Of a stretch of DNA of 64,000 bases, positions 12,160 through 24,832 are shown piece after piece. The notes beneath the pieces are model-generated. The model had not been told where the DNA came from. It worked only from the letters and a program-made list of their open reading frames with translations, and searched no databases. The stretch's first letter is position 1; the number at the start of each line of letters is the position of its first letter. The stretch is from Neodothiora populina. Lineage: Eukaryota. Both the position numbers and the translations under genes were made by a program. The DNA lies in assembly GCF_041146345.1 (NCBI RefSeq), contig NW_027191413.1, positions 2,852,001-2,916,000 on the forward strand. The letters run 5' to 3'.

Positions 12160-12618
12160 TTGTTGTTGCTCCGACACACAATAATAATACTTGTACATGC
12201 ACACGCAGGTCCACAGTACACGCACACACAACATACTGTACATACATACGCAAAACAAACAATCATTTTTTTCCCCTGGTTGGTCGTGTGACTCGTGCGA
12301 GATTTTTTGGTCTTTTCCCGTCACGGCTCCTATTATAGCCACCATCTGCGCTTCCTACCCCCTTTGAGTCAGTGCAGATATAGTGGTGTCGCTCTGAACC
12401 AAGGCATCTCATTATCCAAGTCAGGCATCGTCGTCGCATTGATAACCTTGTCTCTTGCTCTCCCCTTGCCTATCGATAATAACAACTTTTTCTCCTCTCC
12501 ACCGTTCCTGCATCATTCATGCAGCCCGGCGCCCAATCCCATGCAAGCAATCTCGGAACAAACCTGGTACACATCCTGAGCAAGTCTCCAATCAACGAGA
12601 CTCATTAGCAAAGAAACC

Positions 12619-14225
12619 ATGGACTCGAATGCGCAGTCCCTCTCGGACGGGCCCAAACCATCGCGGTATCGATCTGTGCGACAACAACACAACAGCACTC
12701 CTCCGCCCGACAGAAATGCGCACGATTCGCAAACCACGGATGGCATACAGAGGAGCCGGTCGCGCTATCACCGTTCCAAACCCGCCGCTGCTGCTGCTGC
12801 TGCTGTCCAGGACAATCACATGGACGGTCAATCGCCTGCGTCACAGGATAATGTTGAACACATGAGAAGTATCCCCGACAGGAGCACTTCGTCAAGAGAC
12901 GCAGACTCGGTCGACGCCGCTGCCGAACCGCAATCACCCTATGCTGCTGTCGGCGCTCAGGCTGTTTCCGGCGCTACATATCACGACAACAACGCGAGAG
13001 CGGCAGAAATGGAAGAGGAGCGAGAGAAGGCACACAGGAAACACGACGGACCCTCGAGCAACAGATCCGCAGAGCGCAGGACCGATTCCCCCCGTCGCAC
13101 CACCGAGCGCAGCAACAAACCCGACGCGCGCTTCGACCAGGCGCCGCAGGTCATCCAAGCACGAAGAGAAGGAGTGGTAGGTCCCGAAGACGAGGTCATC
13201 TCTGGCGACGAGGGCCGCACGGGCTGTTTCAGTGGCTTGTTCAGGAGAAAGAGAATCGACCCCATCAAGAACCCGGTGGAAAAGGTGCCTGCTGCTAGAC
13301 CTGTGACTGCGAGGAACAAGGAGCCGCCGACTATCAAGCCTGGCGGAGGCGGTGTTGTGCCTGGCACGGATGCGCCTGTGTCTGCGGTCAATGCTGGCGA
13401 CAGAGTGAGTTTTGCTTCTTCTTCTTCTTCTTCCTCCTCCTCCTCCTCCTCCTCCTCCTCCTCCTCAGATCACTGTCAACCACGAGACTAACCCATCTTC
13501 AGCGCGTGCTCGTCGAGTGCAACTCGTCCTCGATGTTCCTGCCCGTCACTCCCGACACCACCGCCATGGACCTGATCAACTCGGCCGCCAACGTCTTCTC
13601 CGACCCTATCGACGTGCGCGCCTCTGTCATTCTCGAACACTTCACCTCGGTGGGCGTGCAGCGACCGCTGAGACGATACGAGCGCGTCAGAGATGTGCTG
13701 AACTCGTGGGACGATGATCGAGCCAACTCGCTGCTGGTCGTGCCGGCCAGGACGGCCGAGGTCAATCCTTCGGGGCTGAGCGCGACCAACGTGCCCTCGA
13801 CTCAACCTCTCGAGTCTTCCTTTGTCATGCACCACTCGCAGAAACCCGGTCACTGGGACAAGCGCCTGCTGACCATCCGCCAAGACGGCCAGCTCATCAT
13901 GACAAACGAGAAGAACCACGAGAGCATCAACATCTGCCATTTGTCAGACTACGACATTTACACGCCGACGGAAAAACAACTCGCCAAGAAGATCAAGCCG
14001 CCGAGGCAGTATTGTTATGCCATCAAGAGCCAGCAAAAGGCCAGCATGTTCCTGACCACCTCGACCTTTGTTCATTTCTTTTGTCACAGCGATAGGACGC
14101 AGGGCACGAGTTTCTACGACGCCGTGCAGGGGTGGCGGAGTTGGTATCTCGTCAATGTCATGGGAGAGGGGCAGAAGAAGAAAAAGGAGACCGGCCTACA
14201 GCACACGCAGAGCAGGCGCGTCGCC

Positions 14226-14263
<38 letters not shown>

Positions 14264-15422
14264 CGGCCACGGCCATCAGCACCATCACACAAACACCAGT
14301 TCCGTCGGGTCCGCCTATCAGCTTGGCACTTTCAAGCCGCTGAGTGTAGACATGTCGCAGTTCGAGCGACCGTCGTCGTCGCACTCGCAAAAGGGGCAGA
14401 CGAACATGAGTCAGATCCCCAGTCGCAAGTTGTCCACGAGAGATCGCGCCCATCCGCCGGTTGCTGTTGCGAAACACATGTTGCCGCCGGCACAACTGTC
14501 GGATGACGAGCCATTGGTGAACCTGGCGGCCAACCGCAGGGGGTCTGTCGAGCTCAATGACAACGACGAGGCCATCGTCGGTTCGGGTCTGTTGGGCAGG
14601 AGCTACTCTACCCGGAAGCGCGAGCTGAACGAGCGTGAAGAAGTCAACCGAAATCCCTTCACTGGTGGTCTCGTCAGCAACAACGCTGCAGGAGAGGTAG
14701 GCGTGGCCAGGCAGGTCAGCATCAAGCGTGCCGGATCGAAGCGAGTCGCCAACAACGGTCCCCCGAATACTTCTGCCTTGTCACACCGTCCCTCGACACG
14801 CGACGGCGGCGTCCCACGTCGCGCAGGATCCATCGACCTCGGTCGCTCCGGCTCGACGCGCGTCAAGGGCGGTCCGAAGCCCTTGATCGACCTCACTCCA
14901 CAATACCAGCCGCCGCCACAACACGTGAAAAAGGGCCGAGGCTACAAGCCCAGCGCGGAAGAGCTGCGTAAAGGCGCACTGATCGACGCTGCCACGAGCG
15001 GCGAAAGGACGTGGCGCGACGAGATCCCCGAGGCCAAGGACTGGAGAGGTAGAACGCGACAGCCCGGCGGCGGCGGCGGCGGTACAGATTCAGCAGATGC
15101 CAGTCAGGGACGTGCTAGAAGCAGGTCCAGGAGCGCTCATCACGGCGGACACGACCACTTGCAATCAGGTCGAGGTGGTGCAGCAGGAGGAGGAGGACGA
15201 TACGGCAGTCCTGCGGGAACGGGACTCGACCTCTCTCATCGTCCGTCCAGCTCTCCCCGTGGTGGCGTGAGAAACATCAGCGGCGCCGGATCTGGAACTT
15301 CAAGCGGAAACGGGCCTCTGCTCGATGTTTCAGAAGCCAGTAATTTCAAGCAGGGCAGTTTACTTGACAGGCTCGAAAAGGAGAATCCCAGACCTGGTCC
15401 TGTCATCGATCGAGATTACTAG
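12619..15422 (+). CDS. Conserved fungal hypothetical protein with an RA-like plus PH-like domain pair and disordered flanks (~900 aa), 2 exons
   Basis: Intron 13405-13502 (GTGAGT...ACTAAC...CAG) joins the 12619 and 13506 ORFs in frame (...AGDR/RVLVEC). The segment LPVTPDTTAMDL...VQRPLRRYERVRDVLNSW resembles a Ras-association fold. The segment WDKRLLTIRQDG...YCYAIKSQ...HFFC...FYDAVQGW resembles a PH fold. Confidence 0.8.
13415..13465. repeat. Compound (CTT)6(CCT)11 microsatellite inside an intron
   Basis: Read directly from the sequence; it makes up about half of the 98-nt intron. Confidence 0.95.
14226..14264 (+). repeat. (AAC)13 coding microsatellite (poly-Asn)
   Basis: Perfect run in frame within the RA/PH-like CDS. 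Confidence 0.95.
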
Positions 15423-16141
15423 CGGTCGTCTCGTCGACGGCGGATTTGGTTGTCGAGAGCGATGACTTGGGAGCCTGGCACCACTCGAAACGCCTGGGCG
15501 AAATCCAACAGCCACAGTCCTTGCCTTTCTTCTGGTTTTACTCACGTTACTTGTTTTTCTTACCCTCCTCGTCCGCTTTGCTTCTTTTCGTTTTGTTCCT
15601 ATTCGATTCGTATGTAGATACCCCCTATCGTTCCGGCGGATTCCCCTCCCCATCCACTGTTTTTGTTTTGGTTGTCTTGGATTTGCTGCATTCTGCGTGC
15701 AGCGTGCTGGGGTCAAGTGATGGATGAACAGTGGCATGGGCTCGGTTTAGGCGCGAGAGCAATTAGATTCGAGTATACATTTATTTGATCGTTTGTTTCC
15801 TTTTGTCTGATACTCTAGATGAGAAGTGGCCAGATAAGATATACTTTTTCCGACAACGACATGTGGGGGTGAAGTTGTTATGCACCGAGGCGAGGGGTTC
15901 AAGACCGACAAACAGGGTCATAGCTTCCTTCTGACGCTCTTCGAATCTCTTCGAATCTCTGATCTACTCAACAATTATAAGAAAGTGTGTCAATTTATAC
16001 AACCACCACGCTCACGCCGTGCACATCAAGCAAGAACTGCAAACGGACAAAATCCCACCGACTCCCCAAACCGCTCCCTCTAACCCTTCCGCCAACCAGG
16101 CCAAAGCATACAGAAACAACGACAGAGGAATAAAGAAAAAG

Positions 16142-17068
16142 ATGGACCCAACAAGCCTAACAACAATAACGACCCCTCCCTCTCTGACAGACTACACTTC
16201 CCTCTCAGAGCACCAATCCTCGACGCCGGGGACATTCTTCGGCGGCAAACCAGTGCTGTACTACCACGCCTCGAGCGCAACTCTGACGCTTCTCTCCCTG
16301 GCGCCCACCTCCCTCTCCTCATCCTCTTCCCTAGCGCCTTTCTCCTCCCTCCTTCCCTCTTCGCAACAACAACAACAACAACAACAACAAAACGGCATCA
16401 GCGCACAAGACACGCAGATCTCCAGCTTAGATGTCTGGATCACATCCTCATCTTTCACCATCTTCTCCCCGCAAACAGGCTCCGGCGTCGCGATCCCCTA
16501 CCCGCTCATCTCCCTCCACGCGCGCCAGGGATCCGCGCTGTATTGCCAATTATGTCTGTCGGACATGAACACGACCGCCGACGAAGACCTCGAGACGGTG
16601 GAGTTCTTGGTGAGCGCCGCCGCTTCTTCTTCGTCTGTTGCAGCGACGAATGGCGGAGAAGAGGCAGACGAGAGCGCAGACGACGCCAGAAGAGGACGGG
16701 ATGACAGCGCAGCGGAAGCGCTTTTCGCCGCCGTCTCTGCGTGCGCGGATTTGCATCCCGATCCCGTGGAGCAGGGGTCTGGAGACGGAGACGAGCACGG
16801 CGGCGCTGTTCTCGGCAGTGCTGGGATCGCTGGTCTTGGAAGTGCTGATATGCCTGGCGCGGGCGGCTGGATAACAAGCGAGAATATGCATGAGTACGTC
16901 GATGAAGATGGGGATTTCAGCATGCCTGAGGGGGGGTTGGGCGCGGGTGCGGGCACGGTTAGGACCGCTGAGGAGGCGCGGTTTGATGATGCTGTTGATG
17001 GTGGGGATGCAGAGGAGGGGCTTGATGAGCAGGGAGGGGATCATGGCAAGTGGAGACGCACGGGTTGA
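16142..17068 (+). CDS. LOT5: Lot5/pICln-like protein (Voldacs PH-like domain)
   Basis: Motifs EHQSSTPGTFFGGKPVLYY, GVAIPYPLISLHA, ALFAAVSACADLHPDP and GWITSEN, followed by an acidic tail. The first ATG is at 16142 (the ORF track starts at an upstream GTG). Contains (CAA)9 poly-Gln at 16364-16390. Confidence 0.85.
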   Translation: MDPTSLTTITTPPSLTDYTSLSEHQSSTPGTFFGGKPVLYYHASSATLTLLSLAPTSLSSSSSLAPFSSLLPSSQQQQQQQQQNGISAQDTQISSLDVWITSSSFTIFSPQTGSGVAIPYPLISLHARQGSALYCQLCLSDMNTTADEDLETVEFLVSAAASSSSVAATNGGEEADESADDARRGRDDSAAEALFAAVSACADLHPDPVEQGSGDGDEHGGAVLGSAGIAGLGSADMPGAGGWITSENMHEYVDEDGDFSMPEGGLGAGAGTVRTAEEARFDDAVDGGDAEEGLDEQGGDHGKWRRTG

Positions 17069-17697
17069 GGGACTTCCATCCCTTCTAAAGGAAAAATCAC
17101 TCGATGCACAAAACTCTGACGAGAGGAGCGGGAGAAACTGGTATAACCCTACAGAATCAACGAATGAGGAAAGAAACGATACTCGATAGGCACAACGCCA
17201 TGTATACCCATTGGAAAAGTTGAACAGGGGCAAAAGCCAAGGACTTGTTTCCAGGCTCCGAACAGTTGCAGCGTTGGGCTGCATACACTGCACAACTCTT
17301 CTCATTCGCGAGACAGTGATATCATACAGACAAGGAGAATGGAGAGGCAGCAGAGAAAAATGAAAAGGTAAATAAGATGAATCAATAGAAAGTAAACACA
17401 GGACTAGCCTGCCGCCCAGGGTTCAGATATCTCGCCATCCCTCATCCTCTTCTTCTTCTTTGCTATCGTCATCGTTGTCCTCATCGTCGTTGGATCGTAT
17501 CAGCTTTCCTGCTCGCTGCATCAACAGATCGTCGTCTGCGTCTGTCGTGCGTCGGGTTCCGTCTGCTTCTTCTTCTTCTCTTGCTCGTCCTTTTTCTCCT
17601 GACATACCACTGCTGTGAGCACTAGCAATAGCAGTCGCACCGCCATTACCAGCAGCAGGAGAATCAGTAGCAGTGTTGACCGCTGGACAAGCAGACC

Positions 17698-20600
17698 TCA
17701 CTCTGCTACCTCCGTGCCCTTTTCCTTTTCGCCATTCCCGCTCTCGACCTCCTCAAGCTCTCCGTTCTCTGCTTCCATCTCAACCTTTCCCTCGTGCTTT
17801 TTGCCTTGCTCCCTCTTCTTCCGCTTCGTCGACGACGCCATCATCCTCATCGTTTCTTCTGAGTTCCCTCGCCGCAACATGATCGTTCTCCTGAGACCTC
17901 GTGCCGGAGCTGGTCTGGGGCCTTGGATGTTTTTGGCTTTGGAAGGTTGAGTGCTGTTGCTGCCGCTGCCGCTGCCACGCTTGCTGTTTATCGGTCTTAC
18001 TGCTGCTGCTGCTGCTGCTGCTGCTGTGGAACTTGTCATGGTTGGACGTGAGGGGCTCCGTGGGAGTTTGCTTATTCTGTTTCTGTGCTTGTTCTGGTTC
18101 ATTGACGCCTTCGGGTTCGAAGCCATGTTCGAGATTCGACTCTGTACAGGTCTAGACTTTGCGTCGTTGTCACTACTGTTATTGTTGTTGTTGATGGCGT
18201 TATCACTGCAAGATTCGGAAACGAGCGAGTCAGAGTCCTTATCTTCGTGGTCTTCCTCATATAGACAGGAAGTCTCTCGCTGCGGCTCCGATGTGTCACC
18301 TTCCTCTCGCGCTCTCGCAGTCGCCGTCGCGGTTGAACATTCCTTCTGAACACCATCACCTGCTACAAGCGCCCGAGGAGCCTGTCTAGCAGCTCGAAAC
18401 CCAGCAAGAGAACTAAACGCACAGTCAATCGCAATCCTCGCAGTATCAACATCTGGCTTGAGCCTCGGAGTCGAGATCAACGGACTACGTAGACTCTTGG
18501 CCGAGGGCAGAAGAACTGGTCTTTGGCTTCCTCGCGATGGAGACTTGTTCGCGGAAACACACTCATGTGATTGAAAGTTGTGCAGGACGAGAACGTCATT
18601 CTCCTTGTTATTGTCTTTCAGTGGCGTTTGCGGTACTTCGAGATTGAGAATTGGCGGCGCTTGCCATCCGACTGCTGCCAGTTGTTGTTCTTGTGGTGGT
18701 GGGGCAAGTGGAGTTGGACAATTCAACCTCTGATCTATTCCTTCTCCAGTCGCGATAGATAGAGCAGGTGAGTGCGGGGCTGGGCCAGCGCTCTGTGCAA
18801 CGCTTTGCTCAGCAGCTGACAGAAGAGGTGGAGGACTGGATCGTAAACACATGGGGATCAACTCTGCCTCAATCGACGACGTGTCCGTCTTGGTCCTGTA
18901 GAGTCCCAGTCCAGCAGTCGACTCTTGCGTAACTTGGATACTCTTTTGTAAAGACAGAGGTGCAACGCTCATAGACTTGTCAGCGCAGCTCGTTGTCGGT
19001 CCGTCTCCGTCCATCGAGAAGGGTGAACTGGCCGAATTTGAACCCTCGTGAGCGAAAGAAGAGTATAGTTCCGAGTTCCATGCAGGGACGCCCGAGGACG
19101 TATCATGCTCGTCAGCCGACTTCATGGAATCGACATCATGCATTTCTTTCCCATCGTTACGATACCTAGAGCCACAAAGTGAGGGCATGGAAGGACTTGG
19201 GGTGACATGCAAAGCAAACGGCGGCGACGAACTAACTCCATCTCGTCGAAAGGCGTCATCATCGTCGTCATTCCATTCGCCCGATGGACGCGTAAACGCT
19301 ATAACAGGCATAACAACACTTTCATCACTTACAGTCGACGCTTCGGCAGCTTCCTCCGTCGAAAGATTGGAGACTCCGAGCATCAGAGACTTCTGTGACG
19401 GTGACCCTGTCTTCGTCGGCGATGAGTGACTCGATGTCGCTCGTGATGATGCTATGCTGCTTGTCGCATAAAACTCTTGTTTGAAAGCAGCGAGAGACAG
19501 CGTCGGCGAACCTGGGGTCAACGAAGCTCTGAGACGCGTGGGTGTCAGGGTTGGTATAGGTTCGAGCACAAGAGGAGCGACATGGTCACTTCGTTGTGCA
19601 TTCTTCATCGTCCAACCATTCGTACAGTGTACTTCTTCATTCTCTGCCCCTGCTTTCGTATCATGATCACATTCTTCTTCGAGTATTTCGTCCATAGAGA
19701 ACGGACTACCCGAGCGTTTTGTCGGTGGTCGGAGACACTGAGAAGGGCCGAGTACGGTGGGCGCCAGCGTAGAGATACGGACGCAGTTTTGTCGTTTATG
19801 GCCTTTTGTCACTCGGCGGGACGTGGGGCTGCCTTCGAGAGCAGAAGGTTTCGTGGGTACTTTCGAAGAGGTCATTGGCAGACTTTCAAACCGAAATGGT
19901 TGCGTTTCCCCGCCTGTCGATCGACGAGGTGGAGACAAGGAAGGTGTCATCTCTGGTGGGTCGTCCTTCGATTTGTTTCCCTGGACGAAGTTCTTGGTGT
20001 TCGTTTCTGCAGGTGATCCATGAATTGACACCCTTGTCTGCTTCACACCACCGCTCGATCTCCTCTGAGGGTTTGTCGGCGTAGACACCAGACTCACACT
20101 TCCATTACTATTCAGTGACATGTCGGAAGCAACGCGCTTCACGCTCAGCCTTTCTGCGACCCCGGTTCTAGGATTCGATGACCGCTTGTCATCGAAGGCG
20201 AAAGTGATGCCGGTAGAGCTGTCTAGAGATAAACGAATGCTCGTGCTTGATGTTATCTTGTCGTTGGTGTTGCTAGGTGCAGAATCAATACTTCCTCGCA
20301 ACGAACTGCGTAGACTGTCTTGTGGCCCTGTCTGAGTTCGTGCTTCCGAGGACTTTATAGACGCCGAAAATCGCTTCGCAGACTCCTCTAGTTTTCGTCT
20401 TGTCTCGTCCAGTATCTTAATCCTCTTGTGGTACTGCTCCGACGCAGACAAGGTGGGAGCGTGGGACGACAAAAGTATCATTTCCCAGTTTCTCTCTGGG
20501 CTGCTGTTCACCGAAGTCTCGTTGCTGCCGTTCACTATTGTCGTAGCTTTCGAGGTAGAAGAAACCCGGTGCTGACTGGCATAAGCGGGATCCGTAAGTC

Positions 20601-21765
20601 TTTTGGGTTGGATATGCACAGCCAAGGGAGAAGGAAGAGGAGGCAAAGGACCAGTGGGCGCAGGCCCGACTACGTGGTCTCCGAAACTCAGAGATCTGTA
20701 CCTATATCGATTTGGCTGTGTTGACGGGCTACGTGGTCCACATCCCGGTGGACTATTATACGAGGTTGAGGCATATTCTGATTCCAGGGGACTGGCGAAT
20801 GCACCAATACTTTTCGAGCGAGGAGCTACGCCTTTCCGCGCTGGCGGGACAAAGTTGTTCGGAGATTGCGCGTGTGATCTTACAGAAGTACTGTGGAGGG
20901 CACTCAATGATGAAGTCTTCATTGGTCGTCTGCTTCGGCTGCTGTCTGGTGAAAGATCCTGTCCGTTCCCAGCTAATTGAACGCCTTCTTCTATCACACG
21001 GGACTGAGCCCGAGATGGCGGCTGAATGTGGATGATAGTTGTCATTGTGGGCTTGGAGGACATTTCAGGACACGTCCTTGGACTTTCGATAATGGCTGAC
21101 ATGGGATGAATCTTTTTGTAGCGCGATGATAAACGATTAAGACGGGAGCGCTTCAATGCTTTCACCACACCTGTTCTCTTGGTGTCTTCGTCTTTGTCAT
21201 CGTTGAACAGCAAAGCGGGACGTAGCCTCTTGGGAGAGGAAAACTTGGGAATGTGGCAGATCTGCTCGGTCGAGGAAAGTGCATCATAGCTTCCGGCCGA
21301 ATTTCGAGGAGCAATTATGCCTGTCAGTCGAAACGGTCTACCTTGGGCTGCAATCTCGGTGCTTCGAACTTGTGAGGTGTCGGCCTGGCCGGATCCATTC
21401 TCGATTTCAACAACCGAGCGTGTACAATTCTTAATGTATAGCTTCGTTATGACGACTGCAAATGCTACGAGGAAGAGTGCACCGCCACCTGTTGCGATGC
21501 CCACGATTGCTGCTTGACTGAGACCTGCCGTTGTCCCACTCAGCTTGATAGATTCATTCAGGAGACCTGATAGTGTATGCCACGGCCTTGTGAGTCAGCT
21601 GTAGCGATGTGGATGGCAATATTCCACTGATTTGCAGCCCATCGAAAATGGCGACGAGCTGGCAGCCGAGTACAAACCTCTTGTCGAATTGTCTGCTCGA
21701 GATTTGTAGATAGCAATTCCGCTGCTCGCCAAAACTCGATTTACTCCCATCGAGAGATGTAGCAT
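17698..21765 (-). CDS. Large single-pass membrane protein with a long Ser/Pro-rich disordered tail (~1300 aa); 5' end tentative
   Basis: 3.8-kb open frame with an N-terminal TM segment (AIVGIATGGGALFLVAFAVVITKLYI). There is no in-frame ATG before the TM. A putative intron at 21677-21567 (GTTTGT...GCTGAC...CAG) links it in frame to an ATG at 21765. Confidence 0.7.
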
Positions 21766-23070
21766 GTGTACGCAACACGTAGCGTTGCCACAACAAACGT
21801 AGAGGAATGCTTGGGGCCACCATGGTCGCGGGCTCGATTCATGTTCGAGGAATGCAGTGGTATTGGGCCCTTTGGCTCTTTCTTGTCCTGAAGACTCTGT
21901 GGTTCTACAAGACTAGAAGTCTGTGCATCATTTCTCAAGTCATTGTAATTCGTCTGATATGTTGATACACAGCAGGCAGAAGAATGGCGGTCCTACAAGA
22001 AGCTCAATAAGGTCACCAAACACGACCTACCTGCATTGGTCTGCTCCACAAGTAGCAACATTAAGCCACGAAGAGCACAGAACTAGATTCGCTATTGTGT
22101 CGATGCCTGCTTGGTTATGGTATTCTCTTCGGTACCTGACGGAAGCCCTGAAAGACCCTAGAAGTACATAACAGAAGGTGCGTGTTGCGGCAACGACGGC
22201 AATGATGATACATAGCTCTAACATGATGGGCCGGCCACGGAAAAAAAGCTCACGCAAAGCAAGCTCCAGACCACGGATGAGACTACACCCCACGCATAAG
22301 TGGTAGAGAAAGTCACAATTGAGTCGTCGCAGTCGGAAGGTCAATCGTGATCGTGATTAATGCTGCATCAACCCAGGAAGATCTGGTTTGACATGCGACG
22401 ACGACAGCTCTCAACCGATCGTGTTTGTGCTCAAGCCTGTGCCTGGAGTCTGAGCTTCTAACCCTAAGGTATTCAGGAACAGTGATAAACCAATCACAAC
22501 GACGACTTGCGTACGTTCTCGGGTGACCTTCCAAACAATCAGGTAATTGTATGAACCATTTTCCATTGCGTCGCTCTTTCCGGGGGTACGTGTCGTCCGG
22601 ATCGTCTTTTGGGTGCGATCAGCATGTGGGGAAAAATTGTTCGATCCGACTTGGACACGCAAACTAGGTAAGTTTCTCATCCAGCTTCTCAGATAGACTG
22701 GCCTCGGCCTAGGCTAGTCGTTGGGTACCTTACACAATAATCTTTGATCTCTGATGTGACGTCCAAACGGAGTGAGAGCCGAGCCGCGCAAGAATTCTTT
22801 ATCGATGATGTGAGCGGTGCCCTGGGCAATCCAAGACGACAAGGTGCAGGAACCCGAGAAGCTTGAAGACGGATTTGCTTTCACAAAGTCTGTTCTCCAG
22901 CCACCACTACTGTAGCGTCGGCTGCTTAAGGATTCTACCTTTTCCACCGAACACGGGGGTTGGTGCCACAGTACAACAAACGTCATGCAGTCTTGGATGT
23001 TTGTGGCTGAGGCATCCTAGGGCGACGATAGTCTCTGCGATACCTTTCGCTACAAGTAAGCAGACCGATA

Positions 23071-23114
23071 AGCTCGTCTACCCCATAACGGATCGTACCC
23101 ATAGTGGATCGCTT
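23071..23114 (+). repeat. Left terminal inverted repeat (44 bp)
   Basis: AGCTCGTCTACCCCATAACGGATCGTACCCATAGTGGATCGCTT is the exact reverse complement of 24833-24876. It contains the internal direct repeat CCCATA-NN-GGATCG twice. Confidence 0.97.
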
Positions 23115-23162
23115 CGAGCTGCGCAACTTCGGACTCACTCTATGTAATTATAATACAACCAT

Positions 23163-24764
23163 TCAATCAATTTGCCATTCATGAAGATATGTCTCTATTA
23201 GATGGCTAATTATCGCTCCTACAGCCTTTTTTACCTCAGATTTCTGCTGTTTTGTGGCTTTCTGTACCTCACGAGCTTCTTGTTCAAGCTTTGCCTTCCG
23301 AATGTCCTCAATATTCGCAAAACGCGTATTTGGATCAACTATTACTCGTCTACGTAATCCTGAAGAAGCTTGTTGTAGTTGTGAGCCTTGTGTCTGTATT
23401 CGCTGTTGAAGAATAGCTTGCGTCGTCGTCAACTGAGAGATTGCTTTACCAGCTTTTTGTAGAATCAATCTCATGTCTCTTTCAGTCGCTCGATCTGCCT
23501 TCCAGCTCTTTCGTAAGCTCTGTACGCTACGATACAATTGTTGTGAGCTCTTTGGAGTACAAATAGCAGGCTCAAGAGTCTGTATCTTGTCTGGAGGTGT
23601 AATTGGACGAATAGGTTGTTGCTTGACTTGTGACGACGTCAATACCTTGTCTGGATTCCATGGAGAGAGCCCTGCTGCCTTCCAGCCACTTCGAATAACT
23701 CTTTCTGTCAATGCCTGACGTCGTGCGAGGCTATAGCATTGGATAAACCGTTGTTTCTTAACTGGTGCTGCGTCGTCGAGGTGAGAGAGCTCAGAAATGC
23801 CTTTTCGATACGCGTGCTTCAACGGAGAGAATACTCCAAGATCCAATGGTTGTAAGACATGAGAGGTATGAGCTGGAAGGAATACGCAGTAGACTTGGTT
23901 TGTTCTACAAGTCCAGAGAAAGTCGATATCAATATGACTTCCGTGTCCATCCATAAGCAAGATTCGCGTAGATGGTGTCGCTGGAGTTGTCTGAGGGAGA
24001 AACACGTATCGCAGCCAGTTAATTGCAATATTATTCGACGTCCAGCCATTCTCAGAGGTTGTATACGTCCAGTCTAGACAATCCTCTTCAAACCAGCTGC
24101 TCTGTGGCTCTTTGCCTTTGAAGATAATCAAGGGCTTAATTGCTTGTCCAGTCATTGATATTGCCTCGAGAATAGATACCCATTCTCGCGTCTGTGGACT
24201 CTTGACATAAGTACGTCGCTTTGTAGAGGCAGCAAGTACTTGGGAATTGGTGCACACACCTAATGCGATTCCATGCTCATCCATATTCCAGATATTCTCG
24301 CGTTGTACTTGGTATTCTTGTTCGATTTGCTTGAATCGGTCGAAGAAGTCCTGGATTGCTGTCTGCGAGGTGCCATTGATTCTACAGGCCTCAATTCTAC
24401 GGCCTATAATAGAGGCGACGCGTGGATTCCGCTTGATGAACTTTGTAATCCATTGAGTACCTAAGGGTTTGGTGTCACCACAGAGGCGAAGCACGCGAAT
24501 AGCCATATCGCGAGCACGTAGATGCGAGGGTGGATATCCTTGCTGATCTTGCTCCAGGATCCAGTCTACAAGGAAGGCCTCTTGATCTGGAGCCAATCTC
24601 TGTAATTGTTCTCGACTTGCTCGTCGAGTAGTGCCGCCGTCGCGTCTACGACTAAGGGTGGTATATGGTACGCCGAATTCACGCGCAACACCTTTCATTG
24701 ATTTTTCAGGGTGCTTTTTGAGTTCTTTGAGAGCAAGTTGAAGCATAGCCTCGCGTTGATCCAT
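23163..24764 (-). CDS. Pogo/Fot1-type DDE transposase (HTH-psq, CENP-B-type HTH, DDE_1), 533 aa
   Basis: N-terminal HTH (VAREFGVPYTTLSRR), second HTH (QEAFLVDWIL...LGTQWITKFIKRNP) and catalytic motifs WNMDEHG, LLMDGHGSH and LQPLDLGVF. There are 35 residues between the second and third Asp (DD35D). No stops or frameshifts. Confidence 0.97.
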   Translation of the reverse strand: MDQREAMLQLALKELKKHPEKSMKGVAREFGVPYTTLSRRRDGGTTRRASREQLQRLAPDQEAFLVDWILEQDQQGYPPSHLRARDMAIRVLRLCGDTKPLGTQWITKFIKRNPRVASIIGRRIEACRINGTSQTAIQDFFDRFKQIEQEYQVQRENIWNMDEHGIALGVCTNSQVLAASTKRRTYVKSPQTREWVSILEAISMTGQAIKPLIIFKGKEPQSSWFEEDCLDWTYTTSENGWTSNNIAINWLRYVFLPQTTPATPSTRILLMDGHGSHIDIDFLWTCRTNQVYCVFLPAHTSHVLQPLDLGVFSPLKHAYRKGISELSHLDDAAPVKKQRFIQCYSLARRQALTERVIRSGWKAAGLSPWNPDKVLTSSQVKQQPIRPITPPDKIQTLEPAICTPKSSQQLYRSVQSLRKSWKADRATERDMRLILQKAGKAISQLTTTQAILQQRIQTQGSQLQQASSGLRRRVIVDPNTRFANIEDIRKAKLEQEAREVQKATKQQKSEVKKAVGAIISHLIETYLHEWQID

Positions 24765-24832
24765 TGTAATTACGTAGTTGTGGTATAGAAAGTAGATAAT
24801 AGACAGAAAGTATGGTAGAACACGCGACGCGA

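Noticed and set aside
11953..12345. Poly-Ala, poly-Gln, poly-Ser and poly-Leu ORFs
   Set aside because: Artefacts of the (TGC)11 microsatellite read in different frames.
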